Source: a candidate division FCPU426 bacterium
GTDB taxonomy: Bacteria; Oederibacteriota; Muellerivitia; Muellerivitales; Muellerivitaceae
Direction: 5' to 3'
DNA length: 64,000 nucleotides
Assembly: GCA_963847625.1 (NCBI GenBank)
Contig: CAWKAR010000039.1
Location: forward strand, 1-64,000
Below the pieces are notes generated by a model. That model did not search any database, was not told where the DNA came from, and saw nothing but the letters and a program-made list of their open reading frames with translations. Both the position numbers and the translations under genes were made by a program. Each line of letters opens with the position of its first letter. Position 1 is the stretch's first letter. Positions 35,941-44,630 of the stretch are shown here, piece after piece.

Positions 35941-36396
35941 ATGTCTCGCTTGAAAACAAAAGGGTTTACTTTGATTGAATTGATGATCGTTGTCGCGATT
36001 ATCGGAATCTTGGCGGCTATCGCCATCCCGCGTTTCGCGCAGATGCTGGAAAAGTCTCGCGAGGGATCAACGAAAGGTAACTTGGGAAGTCTGAAGTCTG
36101 CGGCTTCGATCTATTACGGCGATGCCCAGGGAGTTTGGCCGACGACTTTACAGACTTTCAAAGTGTACTCTTTCAGCAAATACTTGGACAATATTTCACC
36201 TGTGAAGGTGACGGGATCTTTTGTGGTAGGAGCGGTGAGCCCCGCGGGAGCCTTAGTGACCATGACGACAATGGTTTCTGTACCAACTGGTGCTTCACAA
36301 GGCTGGTTGTATGACAGTACCATGGGAAATGTTTTCGTGAATAGCACTGTGCAAGACTCGAAGCAAATCCCATATTCGTTTTACGGGTTTGAATAA
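35941..36396 (+). CDS. Type IV pilin-like protein, paralog B
   Basis: AGGAGG RBS; KG|FTLIELMIVVAIIGILAAIA; about 120/151 aa identical to 11323-11778. Confidence 0.93.
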   Translation: MSRLKTKGFTLIELMIVVAIIGILAAIAIPRFAQMLEKSREGSTKGNLGSLKSAASIYYGDAQGVWPTTLQTFKVYSFSKYLDNISPVKVTGSFVVGAVSPAGALVTMTTMVSVPTGASQGWLYDSTMGNVFVNSTVQDSKQIPYSFYGFE

Positions 36397-36424
36397 AAAA
36401 GTTTAAAAAATTAACCTGACGCGC

Positions 36425-36454
36425 AAGGGCGGCAAATTTTGCCGCCCTTTTTTT
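36425..36454 (+). terminator. Intrinsic terminator after pilin B
   Basis: AAGGGCGGCAAATTTTGCCGCCCTTTTTTT: GC-rich stem plus T tract. Confidence 0.88.
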
Positions 36455-36651
36455 ATGGATTCCGGTTATATCCTCCTCCGGAGATTGGTTGCACGTATTA
36501 ATCTGGAAAATCTTAACATCCCCAACAGTTTAATAGAGGGCCGGCATTTACCTGTGCCGCTGAAATAATTTGGTTTTCTTTTTGGAACGATGCGCGAATA
36601 ATAAGGGACTCTATATCGTGTTGTTTATCCCGATTATGAAGGACATTTTTC

Positions 36652-38883
36652 TTGCTGACCCCGGAGCAGATCCAACCCGCCTCCACCGCCGTGCGCGATC
36701 TCAGGGTCGCCCTTTCCAACTTTTTCCTTTATTCCGCCGACAACAACATGGTCCAGCAGTCGCTGGAGCGTTTCTTGCAATCCCTGGAGAATTTGTTCCT
36801 TGCCCTCCCCAGCCTTTCCCTGGGGGAGACCGAAGGCCGCTTGGTGGTGGAGGGGACAGCCTTGAACGAAAAGACCACCGGTTCCACCAATATGATCAAG
36901 GACCTGTTCCTGACCCACAAGATCAACAGCGTAACCCTTTACCGGGGGCTCACAGCCGATGAAATGAAGACTTTTTTCAACCTTCTGAAACCCCGGGGCC
37001 TTGCGGATGGGGTTTCGTTTTTTAAAGCCCTCAAGGACAGCCGCCCGGAGCATATACAGGTCAACGAAAAGGTTTTCGTCGCCATTCGGGAAGGGGAAAA
37101 GGTCGTGCCGGTGGGTGAGGAATTGGAAGGGGAGGAAAACATGCAGGAGGCGCTGGAAGCCCTCCAGTATTTCCTCCAGATCTTCGCCCGGGTACGGCCG
37201 GAGAACAATAAAAAAGAAGTGGCCAAGAAAATGATCGACAACATGGGCGGTTGGCTTCTGCAGGAAGGGATTTATCCGACACCCGACACCCCGGGAAAAG
37301 GAGGGCCTTCTGGAAGCGGCACGGGAGGCGAGGGCGGAATAGGAGGGGCGGCCTGGGGGGAAATCGTCCGGGGTTTTGGGGCGTTGAGAAAAAGCCTCGC
37401 AACCGCGAACGAACCCGTTGACTTGAAAAATGTTCAATTCAACATGGACGATTTGTTGCGGCGGTTGGTCCTTTTGGGCGAAAACCAGGGTTTCAAGCTG
37501 GGCGGGGAATCGGCAGCGGAAAAGGCTAACATCCAAGGCACCGACGACCGCCTGACGCTTTTCGAGATCGACCCCGTCCTAAGCGCGGTGGATAGCGGGG
37601 ATTTGTCCATCCTGACCGACCGCCAAAAGGAATCCGAAGTGGACAGCCGTATTTCCCGTCTCCAGGAGGAAAAGGAGGTGGAAAGGTTCGGGAAGGTTTG
37701 GGACAGCCTATGGAAAAGCATCCTGTCAGGGGATGGGAACGCCCAGGGCGTCTCACTTCGGCACTTAAGCCGCCTTCAATGGCTGAAGATCCCCCGCCCG
37801 GACCAACTGGCGGGGTTTAGGAATCTGCGAGACTATCTCACCGGACCATCCGCTCCCGAGGCTTACCCCATCGGACTCACTTTGCTTCAGAACTGGCTCC
37901 CGGAGGAGATCCACCATCCCGACTGGGGGGAACTGCTACAAACCGTGTCGGCCTTAAAAAAAAATTCGGAGAAAAAACCCCCGCTTTTCGAGGGGCAAGA
38001 CCAGCTGGCTCAAGCCACCCTGGATATGATTTTCGGGCCAACCCAATTGCAGGAGCTTTTCTCCATGAACCCGGAAAAGGAGGAAGATAAGGTGGCTTTC
38101 GCGAAGTTTTTCATCGCGCTCCATTCCCTCTCCGGCCCTTTCCTGATCCAAATGATCCAGCAGGCACCTGTGGCGTCCCCTGATTGGAAGAAGGCGGTGG
38201 ATTTGCTCAACCGCATGGAAACCACGGGAGTGCCGGTTTACGAACAATGGCTCAAGGAGAATCAAAGCTCGGTCAAACTGGACCATTTCCTGGAAATCTT
38301 CAAGAAAGTGCCTCCTCCCGCGTCGATGCCGGAGTTTATAACGGCGAATTGGAGCGCCTTTGCGCCGGAAGCCCGGCTCAAGATTATGGAAATGATCCAG
38401 TTTTGGGAAAAACCGGAGTACCGGCCGCTTTTGATCAACCTTTTGGAAAGCCCTGAAGGAGAACATGCCATTCCAGCCATGAGGATATTGGCCAAGTTGG
38501 GGTTGGAAGGGGATTCCCGAACCCTTATCGCAACCGCGAAGAAATTTCCCGTTGAGTCAAAAGGACGGGAGAACTTTTTGATCGAAACTTGCCAAACCCT
38601 GGGGGAATTGCAGGATCCTTACGCCATCAATTACCTGGCGGAATGGGCGGATAGTTATAAGTTCCTGGAAGTTAAAAAGGAAAGGGGCATGGCCCTGCGG
38701 ATTGCCGCTGTCCAGGCTTTGGGGCATTTCCGCTCCCGCTATGTGGAGAAATTCCTGATTAAATTGAGTAAGGAAGCGGAAAAGGAGTTGAAACCCGAGG
38801 TTTCCCTCGCCTTGAAGTCTGTCCAGGGAAAATTAAACGTCAATTTTAGCCAGGAAGAGAACCCAGAGGGGCCGGGATTTTGA
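36652..38883 (+). CDS. HEAT-repeat-containing hypothetical protein
   Basis: Alpha-helical; C-terminal HEAT-like units (TCQTLGELQDPYAI, LRIAAVQALGHF); TTG start after AAGGA. Confidence 0.7.
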   Translation: MLTPEQIQPASTAVRDLRVALSNFFLYSADNNMVQQSLERFLQSLENLFLALPSLSLGETEGRLVVEGTALNEKTTGSTNMIKDLFLTHKINSVTLYRGLTADEMKTFFNLLKPRGLADGVSFFKALKDSRPEHIQVNEKVFVAIREGEKVVPVGEELEGEENMQEALEALQYFLQIFARVRPENNKKEVAKKMIDNMGGWLLQEGIYPTPDTPGKGGPSGSGTGGEGGIGGAAWGEIVRGFGALRKSLATANEPVDLKNVQFNMDDLLRRLVLLGENQGFKLGGESAAEKANIQGTDDRLTLFEIDPVLSAVDSGDLSILTDRQKESEVDSRISRLQEEKEVERFGKVWDSLWKSILSGDGNAQGVSLRHLSRLQWLKIPRPDQLAGFRNLRDYLTGPSAPEAYPIGLTLLQNWLPEEIHHPDWGELLQTVSALKKNSEKKPPLFEGQDQLAQATLDMIFGPTQLQELFSMNPEKEEDKVAFAKFFIALHSLSGPFLIQMIQQAPVASPDWKKAVDLLNRMETTGVPVYEQWLKENQSSVKLDHFLEIFKKVPPPASMPEFITANWSAFAPEARLKIMEMIQFWEKPEYRPLLINLLESPEGEHAIPAMRILAKLGLEGDSRTLIATAKKFPVESKGRENFLIETCQTLGELQDPYAINYLAEWADSYKFLEVKKERGMALRIAAVQALGHFRSRYVEKFLIKLSKEAEKELKPEVSLALKSVQGKLNVNFSQEENPEGPGF

Positions 38884-39111
38884 TACGTTCAATGGCGCCA
38901 AACACCGCCCGTTTAAGACGGGGTTCACTGCAGGAACACCCATTTTCGGTCGATGAATGTCATAAATTTCAAACTTCCTTCTTTATATAACACCTTTATA
39001 TGGGATTAGGCGGATATTTATTGAATTTTCCGCCCCCTTTAAACACTTTTAATTTGAGGTGGTATCCCTTAAATTAGAAACAGTATTCACCTTAAAAAGG
39101 AAGGGGTTCAG

Positions 39112-40077
39112 GTGATTCATAAAAAAAGCCTTTTGATCCTAGGGTTAAGCGCTTGTCTTTTGGCCGGCTCCCCTCACCGGGCGGCTGCGCAACTGGCGGA
39201 TTTCCAAAATCAAATTCTAGCGGACTATCAAACCATCACGAACTTCGTGAACGGACAAATGTCCAAAAGCATCTGTTTTTTTTCCACCCTCGGCTGGCAA
39301 AATGCGCCAACGGTATTTGATTTCCTGGGGAATCCGAGGGTCCAAGCTGGGTTTGGGATGGGTGTCGACGCGATTAATATCTCGAATATCAACAATCTTC
39401 AATTAAAAGCCCTGGTGGGATCCTCCAACGTTAACATGCCCTCGGTGCTTCCGGCGCCTTTTCCGATGGTCACCCTGCGCACTGCCATTATCCCCGGGCT
39501 GGATGTGGGGGCGAAACTCCTGCACATGCCCCCGATCAACGTTCCGTCCATGGGATTTTCCGGCCAGTACACGGGATGGGGATTGGACATGCGTTACCGC
39601 TTCCTGGACCGTTTTCCCCTGCCCGTGATCGCGGTGGGAGCCAGCTGGGACACCCTTTACGGAAGCACGACGATCGCCACGAGCGTCCTACAAAGTTCCG
39701 TCTATTATGATCCCGGCGCCAATAATGCCTCCATTACCGGCAATACGAACTATGACTTCGATTGGAACGTCAAGAGTTTCGGCGCGCGGCTCATGGTCGG
39801 CGAAAACTGCGGGGAATTTTTTCCCTACGTGTCGGTGGGGTTTCAAAGAAACTCGGGTTGGATCCGCTCATCCGTGATCGGCCATGTGACGGCGACAGTC
39901 AATTCAACTACAGGCAGTCCCATTTCCCTCGATATCCAGAATGCAGGCCAACCGGTGGTTTTGGAACCAAAATTCGTCCTTGGTTTTATGATCGGCGATG
40001 GCTTCAGTTGGAATGTGGTGGGGGAGTCCAACGGGTCCGATATCGCGGGTAGCACCGGTTTTGGGATACAGTTTTAA
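39112..40077 (+). CDS. Putative outer-membrane beta-barrel protein
   Basis: Signal peptide (AAA|Q), amphipathic strands, terminal GFGIQF. Confidence 0.6.
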   Translation: MIHKKSLLILGLSACLLAGSPHRAAAQLADFQNQILADYQTITNFVNGQMSKSICFFSTLGWQNAPTVFDFLGNPRVQAGFGMGVDAINISNINNLQLKALVGSSNVNMPSVLPAPFPMVTLRTAIIPGLDVGAKLLHMPPINVPSMGFSGQYTGWGLDMRYRFLDRFPLPVIAVGASWDTLYGSTTIATSVLQSSVYYDPGANNASITGNTNYDFDWNVKSFGARLMVGENCGEFFPYVSVGFQRNSGWIRSSVIGHVTATVNSTTGSPISLDIQNAGQPVVLEPKFVLGFMIGDGFSWNVVGESNGSDIAGSTGFGIQF

Positions 40078-40177
40078 AAGGGTTCAATCCTCCAAAACTC
40101 AGGGCTATTTGCTTGCCCATGATCCGCCTGCAAAAGACCCGTCAATCTGAAACAAAAGGTTCGTTAATAAAATCATT

Positions 40178-40387
40178 ATGAGCGAAACCCGGAAACCCAA
40201 CAGGATTTCTTTCGTTGACCCGAAGGAATGCACGGGATGTGAATCCTGCGTGGCCATGGCCCCCGGTGTTTTCCGAATGATGCCGGACGGCTTGTCCGAG
40301 GTCTTTGATTCCCAAGGGGATACTGAAGAAAAAATCCAGGAAGCCATGGACTGCTGTCCGGTTTCCTGCATCCATTGGAAGCAGTAA
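40178..40387 (+). CDS. Single-cluster ferredoxin
   Basis: CTGCESC...CPVSCI. Confidence 0.9.
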   Translation: MSETRKPNRISFVDPKECTGCESCVAMAPGVFRMMPDGLSEVFDSQGDTEEKIQEAMDCCPVSCIHWKQ

Positions 40388-40458
40388 GGACAGTTCCCGG
40401 CCGGCGGTCAAGCCACAGGCCTTTACTGGAACCTGACTCTGTGTGTTTTGGAGTTGAA

Positions 40459-40917
40459 ATGGGCATTCTCACGGGTTGGATGGAAAAAAGGCAGTTCGAG
40501 CGCATCGACGCCGCCATCAAGGTCACTTATACCATGATCCCCAAAAGCGAACTGGTCAAGATCCTGGCCAACCCTTCCTACCGGGAATCAACCGCCGACC
40601 ACTTGCCCGAGCTTTCCAAAAAGTCGGTTACCTTGCACGCCGTCACCCGGGACATTTCCTTGGGCGGGATGTCCCTCGTGGGGCCGGAGTCTTTTCCGCC
40701 CGATACCGCCCTGGAGATCAAGCTTTACCTCCCGGACAGGCCCGTTCCCCTGACTCTCTTGGCCGAGGTGGTCCGGGCGGACGCCGGAATGGTCGGAACA
40801 TCGGGTTCCACCTTCCGGGCCGGGATCAAGATTCTCGCCATCAACCGCCAGGACGTGGTACGGCTGGATAAGTTCCTCTTGGCAGAAAGAATCCGCTTAC
40901 AAGATGGAAAAAAATAA
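40459..40917 (+). CDS. PilZ-domain c-di-GMP-binding protein
   Basis: EKRQFER (RxxxR) and DISLGG motifs. Confidence 0.88.
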   Translation: MGILTGWMEKRQFERIDAAIKVTYTMIPKSELVKILANPSYRESTADHLPELSKKSVTLHAVTRDISLGGMSLVGPESFPPDTALEIKLYLPDRPVPLTLLAEVVRADAGMVGTSGSTFRAGIKILAINRQDVVRLDKFLLAERIRLQDGKK

Positions 40918-41773
40918 CCTGAAAATCATCTCGACCCCTAACATCGGTTACGATTCCCCGGGCCACCCCGAGCATCCCGGCCGGGTGGTGCGGAGCCTGG
41001 CTCACTTGAAGAACATCCTGCCTTCCACCCTGTTCCAGGAACCCCAACCGGCGCCCCTGGAAGCCATCCAGGCCGTCCACGGGGAGGGTGTGGTTACCCA
41101 GGTTCAAAACGAGGATTTCATCGATATGGATACGCCCGGTGGCCCGGGAGTGTTCACCTCGAGCCTTCTTTCCGCCGGGGCGGCCCTCGCGGCGTCCAAG
41201 GAAGCGCTCCAGGGGGTGAAAATTTTCTCCCTGATGCGTCCGCCGGGGCACCACGCCACCCCCGACCGGTCCATGGGGTTCTGCTATTTCAACTCCATGG
41301 CGGTTTCGCTCCAGGCGTTAATAAAGGAAGGGAAGGCCCGGAAAGCGGCGGTGCTGGACCTGGACGTCCACCATGGAAACGGCACCCAGGACTTTTGCTT
41401 CGGGAAACCGGGGCTTCTTTTCGTTTCGCTCCACCAATTTCCGGCCTATCCCGGCACGGGACAAAAATCCCTGGACAATTGCCGGAACTATCCTCTGCCG
41501 CCGGGAACCCGGGAAGGCACCTATTTCCCAGCGATGGAAAAGGCCATGGGGGAAATACGGGCCTTCCAACCCGACCTGATCGGGGTTTCCATGGGTTTCG
41601 ACACCTATGAGAAGGATCCCCTGGCCCAGTTCGGATTAACGAAAGAGGATTACCGCACCATAGGAAAATTGTTGGGGGACTTCAATATTCCCACCTTCGC
41701 CCTGCTGGAGGGTGGATACCATGACGACCTGCCATATTTAATAGAGGAATTCCTCCAAGGTTGGGCGGGATAA
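40904..41773 (+). CDS. Histone-deacetylase-family (acetylpolyamine amidohydrolase-like) protein
   Basis: HPEHP.R, RPPGHHA, GFCYFN, DLDVHHGNGTQ, GFD and LEGGY. Confidence 0.94.
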   Translation: MEKNNLKIISTPNIGYDSPGHPEHPGRVVRSLAHLKNILPSTLFQEPQPAPLEAIQAVHGEGVVTQVQNEDFIDMDTPGGPGVFTSSLLSAGAALAASKEALQGVKIFSLMRPPGHHATPDRSMGFCYFNSMAVSLQALIKEGKARKAAVLDLDVHHGNGTQDFCFGKPGLLFVSLHQFPAYPGTGQKSLDNCRNYPLPPGTREGTYFPAMEKAMGEIRAFQPDLIGVSMGFDTYEKDPLAQFGLTKEDYRTIGKLLGDFNIPTFALLEGGYHDDLPYLIEEFLQGWAG

Positions 41774-41829
41774 AAACCCGTTGAGTCTTTCCAAAATAAA
41801 CAAATAAAAGCTTTTGAGAGGCCTTTTCC

Positions 41830-42627
41830 ATTTCCCCCATCATCACCCTTTTAACCGATTTCGGCGTTAAAGACCCTTTCGTGGGAACCATGAAAGGCGT
41901 CATCCTCGGAATATGTCCGCAAGCCCAGCTCGTCGACCTCACGCATGAAATTCCCTCCCAAACCATCCTGCCGGGGGCATTTCTTTTAAAGTCGGTCCTG
42001 GAATATTTCCCCAGGGGAACCGTTCACTTAGCGGTGGTGGACCCGGGGGTGGGCGGTTCCCGCAAGGCCATCGCGGTGAAATCCCGGGGGTGTTATTTCG
42101 TCGGGCCGGATAACGGCCTGATCCCCGCGGCGTTGGAGGAATGGGGGGTCGAGGAAGTTGTCGAATTGACCGGGAAAAAGTACCAACTTTCCAAACCCAG
42201 TTCCACCTTCCACGGCCGGGACCTATTTGCGCCGGTGGCGGCGCATTTGGCGAAGGGAGTGCCTTTTTCAAAGCTGGGAAAAAAGTTGACCCGATGGATT
42301 GTGGGTGAAATCCCGAAGCCCCGGAAAACCCCCCAAGGGTGGGAAGGGGAGGTGCTATGGGTCGATCATTTCGGAAATCTGGTCACGAACCTGAACGACA
42401 AACACCTGCAAGCGATCAAGTCCCGAAAGACGGGCCCGGCTTCGCCCTTCCGCTTGAAAATGGGCAAGACGGTCCTATTGAACTTGGCGACACGTTATTC
42501 GCAGGTCAAGAGGGGAACCTTAATCGCATTGATGGGCTCCTCGGGCAACTTGGAGATTTCCGTAAACCGGGGTAACGCCTCCCGGAAACTCAGTGTCGGA
42601 ATCGGCACCCCGGTTGTCCTGTGTTGA
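41830..42627 (+). CDS. SAM-dependent halogenase / SAM hydroxide adenosyltransferase (DUF62) family protein
   Basis: IITLLTDFG, VVDPGVG, GPDNG, STFHGRDLFAPVAA and DHFGN; the conserved N-terminus lies upstream of the track's GTG at 41881, implying an ATT start at 41830. Confidence 0.88.
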   Translation: MSPIITLLTDFGVKDPFVGTMKGVILGICPQAQLVDLTHEIPSQTILPGAFLLKSVLEYFPRGTVHLAVVDPGVGGSRKAIAVKSRGCYFVGPDNGLIPAALEEWGVEEVVELTGKKYQLSKPSSTFHGRDLFAPVAAHLAKGVPFSKLGKKLTRWIVGEIPKPRKTPQGWEGEVLWVDHFGNLVTNLNDKHLQAIKSRKTGPASPFRLKMGKTVLLNLATRYSQVKRGTLIALMGSSGNLEISVNRGNASRKLSVGIGTPVVLC

Positions 42628-42833
42628 ATAGTTGTCCTACCCGGGGAGCAGGAGTGGACAAAGAAAAATGGATAATGTTTGGCTGATTCTTTTGGCATGA
42701 GTTGGTGAAAACCGCCGCCGGCCGACTTGATAATCGGATGGGGTATTATTTTTTACTCATTACCTTTCATCTGTTTTGAGCATCATGGAAACGGGGTCGG
42801 GCATAATTTATAACTTTCGACTTGGAGATAACC

Positions 42834-43367
42834 ATGGGCCAACCAAAGACTTTTGAAAACTATCCCTGCCGGACAATGATTATCCCCAATTTTGTTTCAG
42901 TTTTAATCTACGCAATTGGTGCGTATGTTATTTATCGAATAGGAATTATTTGGGCAATACTGTATCTGCTTTATGTTCTTGGGTTGGAAATTCGTTTGAT
43001 GAAAAATATTTGTGTGGATTGTTATTACTACGGAAAATTTTGCACCTTTGGTAAAGGGAAATTGAGCGCAATATTTTTTAACAAGGGAAGCTCAAAGGCA
43101 TTTTCCGAGCGCAAAATCGCCTGGAAAGACATGATTCCGGATTTTCTTGTTTCGTTAATTCCGGCAGTTGTAGGGATCGTGTTATTGATAATGGATTTTA
43201 GCTGGCTCATCTTATCTTTAATAATCCTACTGGCCGTTCTTGCTTCAGTAGGAAATGGACTTGTTCGACGCTTTTTAGCCTGTAAATTCTGCAAACAGAG
43301 AGAAATCGGTTGCCCCCCCGAACAATTATTTAATAAAGCAAAAAGTATAAAAAAGAATCGGATTTAA
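42834..43367 (+). CDS. AT-rich hypothetical membrane protein with Cys clusters
   Basis: GGAG RBS; CVDCYYYGKFC and CKFCKQREIGCP; 4 TM segments. Confidence 0.7.
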   Translation: MGQPKTFENYPCRTMIIPNFVSVLIYAIGAYVIYRIGIIWAILYLLYVLGLEIRLMKNICVDCYYYGKFCTFGKGKLSAIFFNKGSSKAFSERKIAWKDMIPDFLVSLIPAVVGIVLLIMDFSWLILSLIILLAVLASVGNGLVRRFLACKFCKQREIGCPPEQLFNKAKSIKKNRI

Positions 43368-43513
43368 TGATTTAAGGGGTTCCCAAATCCGAATGAGAAA
43401 TTGGGCTTAAACTAGATTCGATTTGGTTCGAATCTTGGGGTGAGGTAAGTGATCTTGTCCTTGATGGGGAGCCATTCATATAGGTCCGCAAACCGTTGAA
43501 ACCGGGGAGCCGG

Positions 43514-44332
43514 CTAGGTTTTTTTGAAATGTTTTAAAGTCCAGTTATTTTCGTCTTTGCTGCCCCGCAAGAGTTTGAAAATCTCCCGATGAATCTTCCC
43601 GTTGCTGGCGATGGCGTTTTGGCCCAGCAGGTTGAAAGGCTTGCCGGAAATATCCGTCACCTTACCCCCGGCTTCGGTGATCATCAGAACTCCCGCCGCC
43701 ATATCCCAGGCTTGGATGCCCCTTTCCCAGAAACCGTCGAACCGTCCGGCAGCCACATAGCAAAGGTTCAGTGAAGCCGAACCATCCCGCCGGACCCCCT
43801 GGGCCTTTAAGACGAACTTCCGGAAGTTGTCCAGGTTGTAATGGGTTTCCCGCACGGCGTAGGCGAAACCGGTCGCGAGAAGGCTTTGGGCCACCCGGGG
43901 GGTCCGCGAAACCCTGAGCCGTTTGCCGTTTAAAAAAGCGCCTTTCCCTTTCTCGGCGGTGAAGCATTCCCCCAGCATCGGGTCGTAAACCGCGCCGACC
44001 AAGGGGTTCATGTTTTTAAGCAAAGCCACCGAACAACAAAAGAAAGGGTAGCCGTGGGCGTAATTGGTGGTTCCGTCCAGGGGGTCCACCAGCCAGGTGT
44101 ATTCGGACGGGCCTTCCACCCGGCCTGTTTCCTCCCCCCAGAAGTTATGGGAAGGAAATTTTTTTTGGAGGAACGAGAGGACTTTTTTCTCGCAGAGCCG
44201 GTCCACCTCCGTGACCAGGTTCAGGTAATTCTTGGACTTATATTGGATGTTGATCGACCGGCCATAATATTGTTTCTGGATTTTTCCAGCGATTTTAGCG
44301 GCTTTAACAGCTGTATTTAAAAAATGTGGCAT
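43514..44332 (-). CDS. suhB: Inositol monophosphatase family protein
   Basis: LVTEVD, GEE, WLVDPLDGTTNYAHG, GSASLNLCYVAAG and WDMAAG. Confidence 0.94.
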   Translation of the reverse strand: MPHFLNTAVKAAKIAGKIQKQYYGRSINIQYKSKNYLNLVTEVDRLCEKKVLSFLQKKFPSHNFWGEETGRVEGPSEYTWLVDPLDGTTNYAHGYPFFCCSVALLKNMNPLVGAVYDPMLGECFTAEKGKGAFLNGKRLRVSRTPRVAQSLLATGFAYAVRETHYNLDNFRKFVLKAQGVRRDGSASLNLCYVAAGRFDGFWERGIQAWDMAAGVLMITEAGGKVTDISGKPFNLLGQNAIASNGKIHREIFKLLRGSKDENNWTLKHFKKT

Positions 44333-44630
44333 TTTTCCTCAATCTCGTAACTTTTAATAATTGATAAATTGATGACGCTAAACCCAACTCCGATAGGGCA
44401 AGGTATCGAAAGGTTGATTATATGTAATTACAATAATTCGATGATCAATTACGCTAAAATAGTTTTTCTTTTTTCCCCATAAGTGTTTTTTTAATGGCAT
44501 AAAAATTCCAAAAAGGATTAAATTTCATTTGTTATTCATCATTATCCATAAAAAGTGGTAAGTTTGATGTTGTGGGTTTTCGTTTTCCTTCCAACCATTA
44601 TCACCCCAAAAAAGCCTTGGAGGTTGTTTT

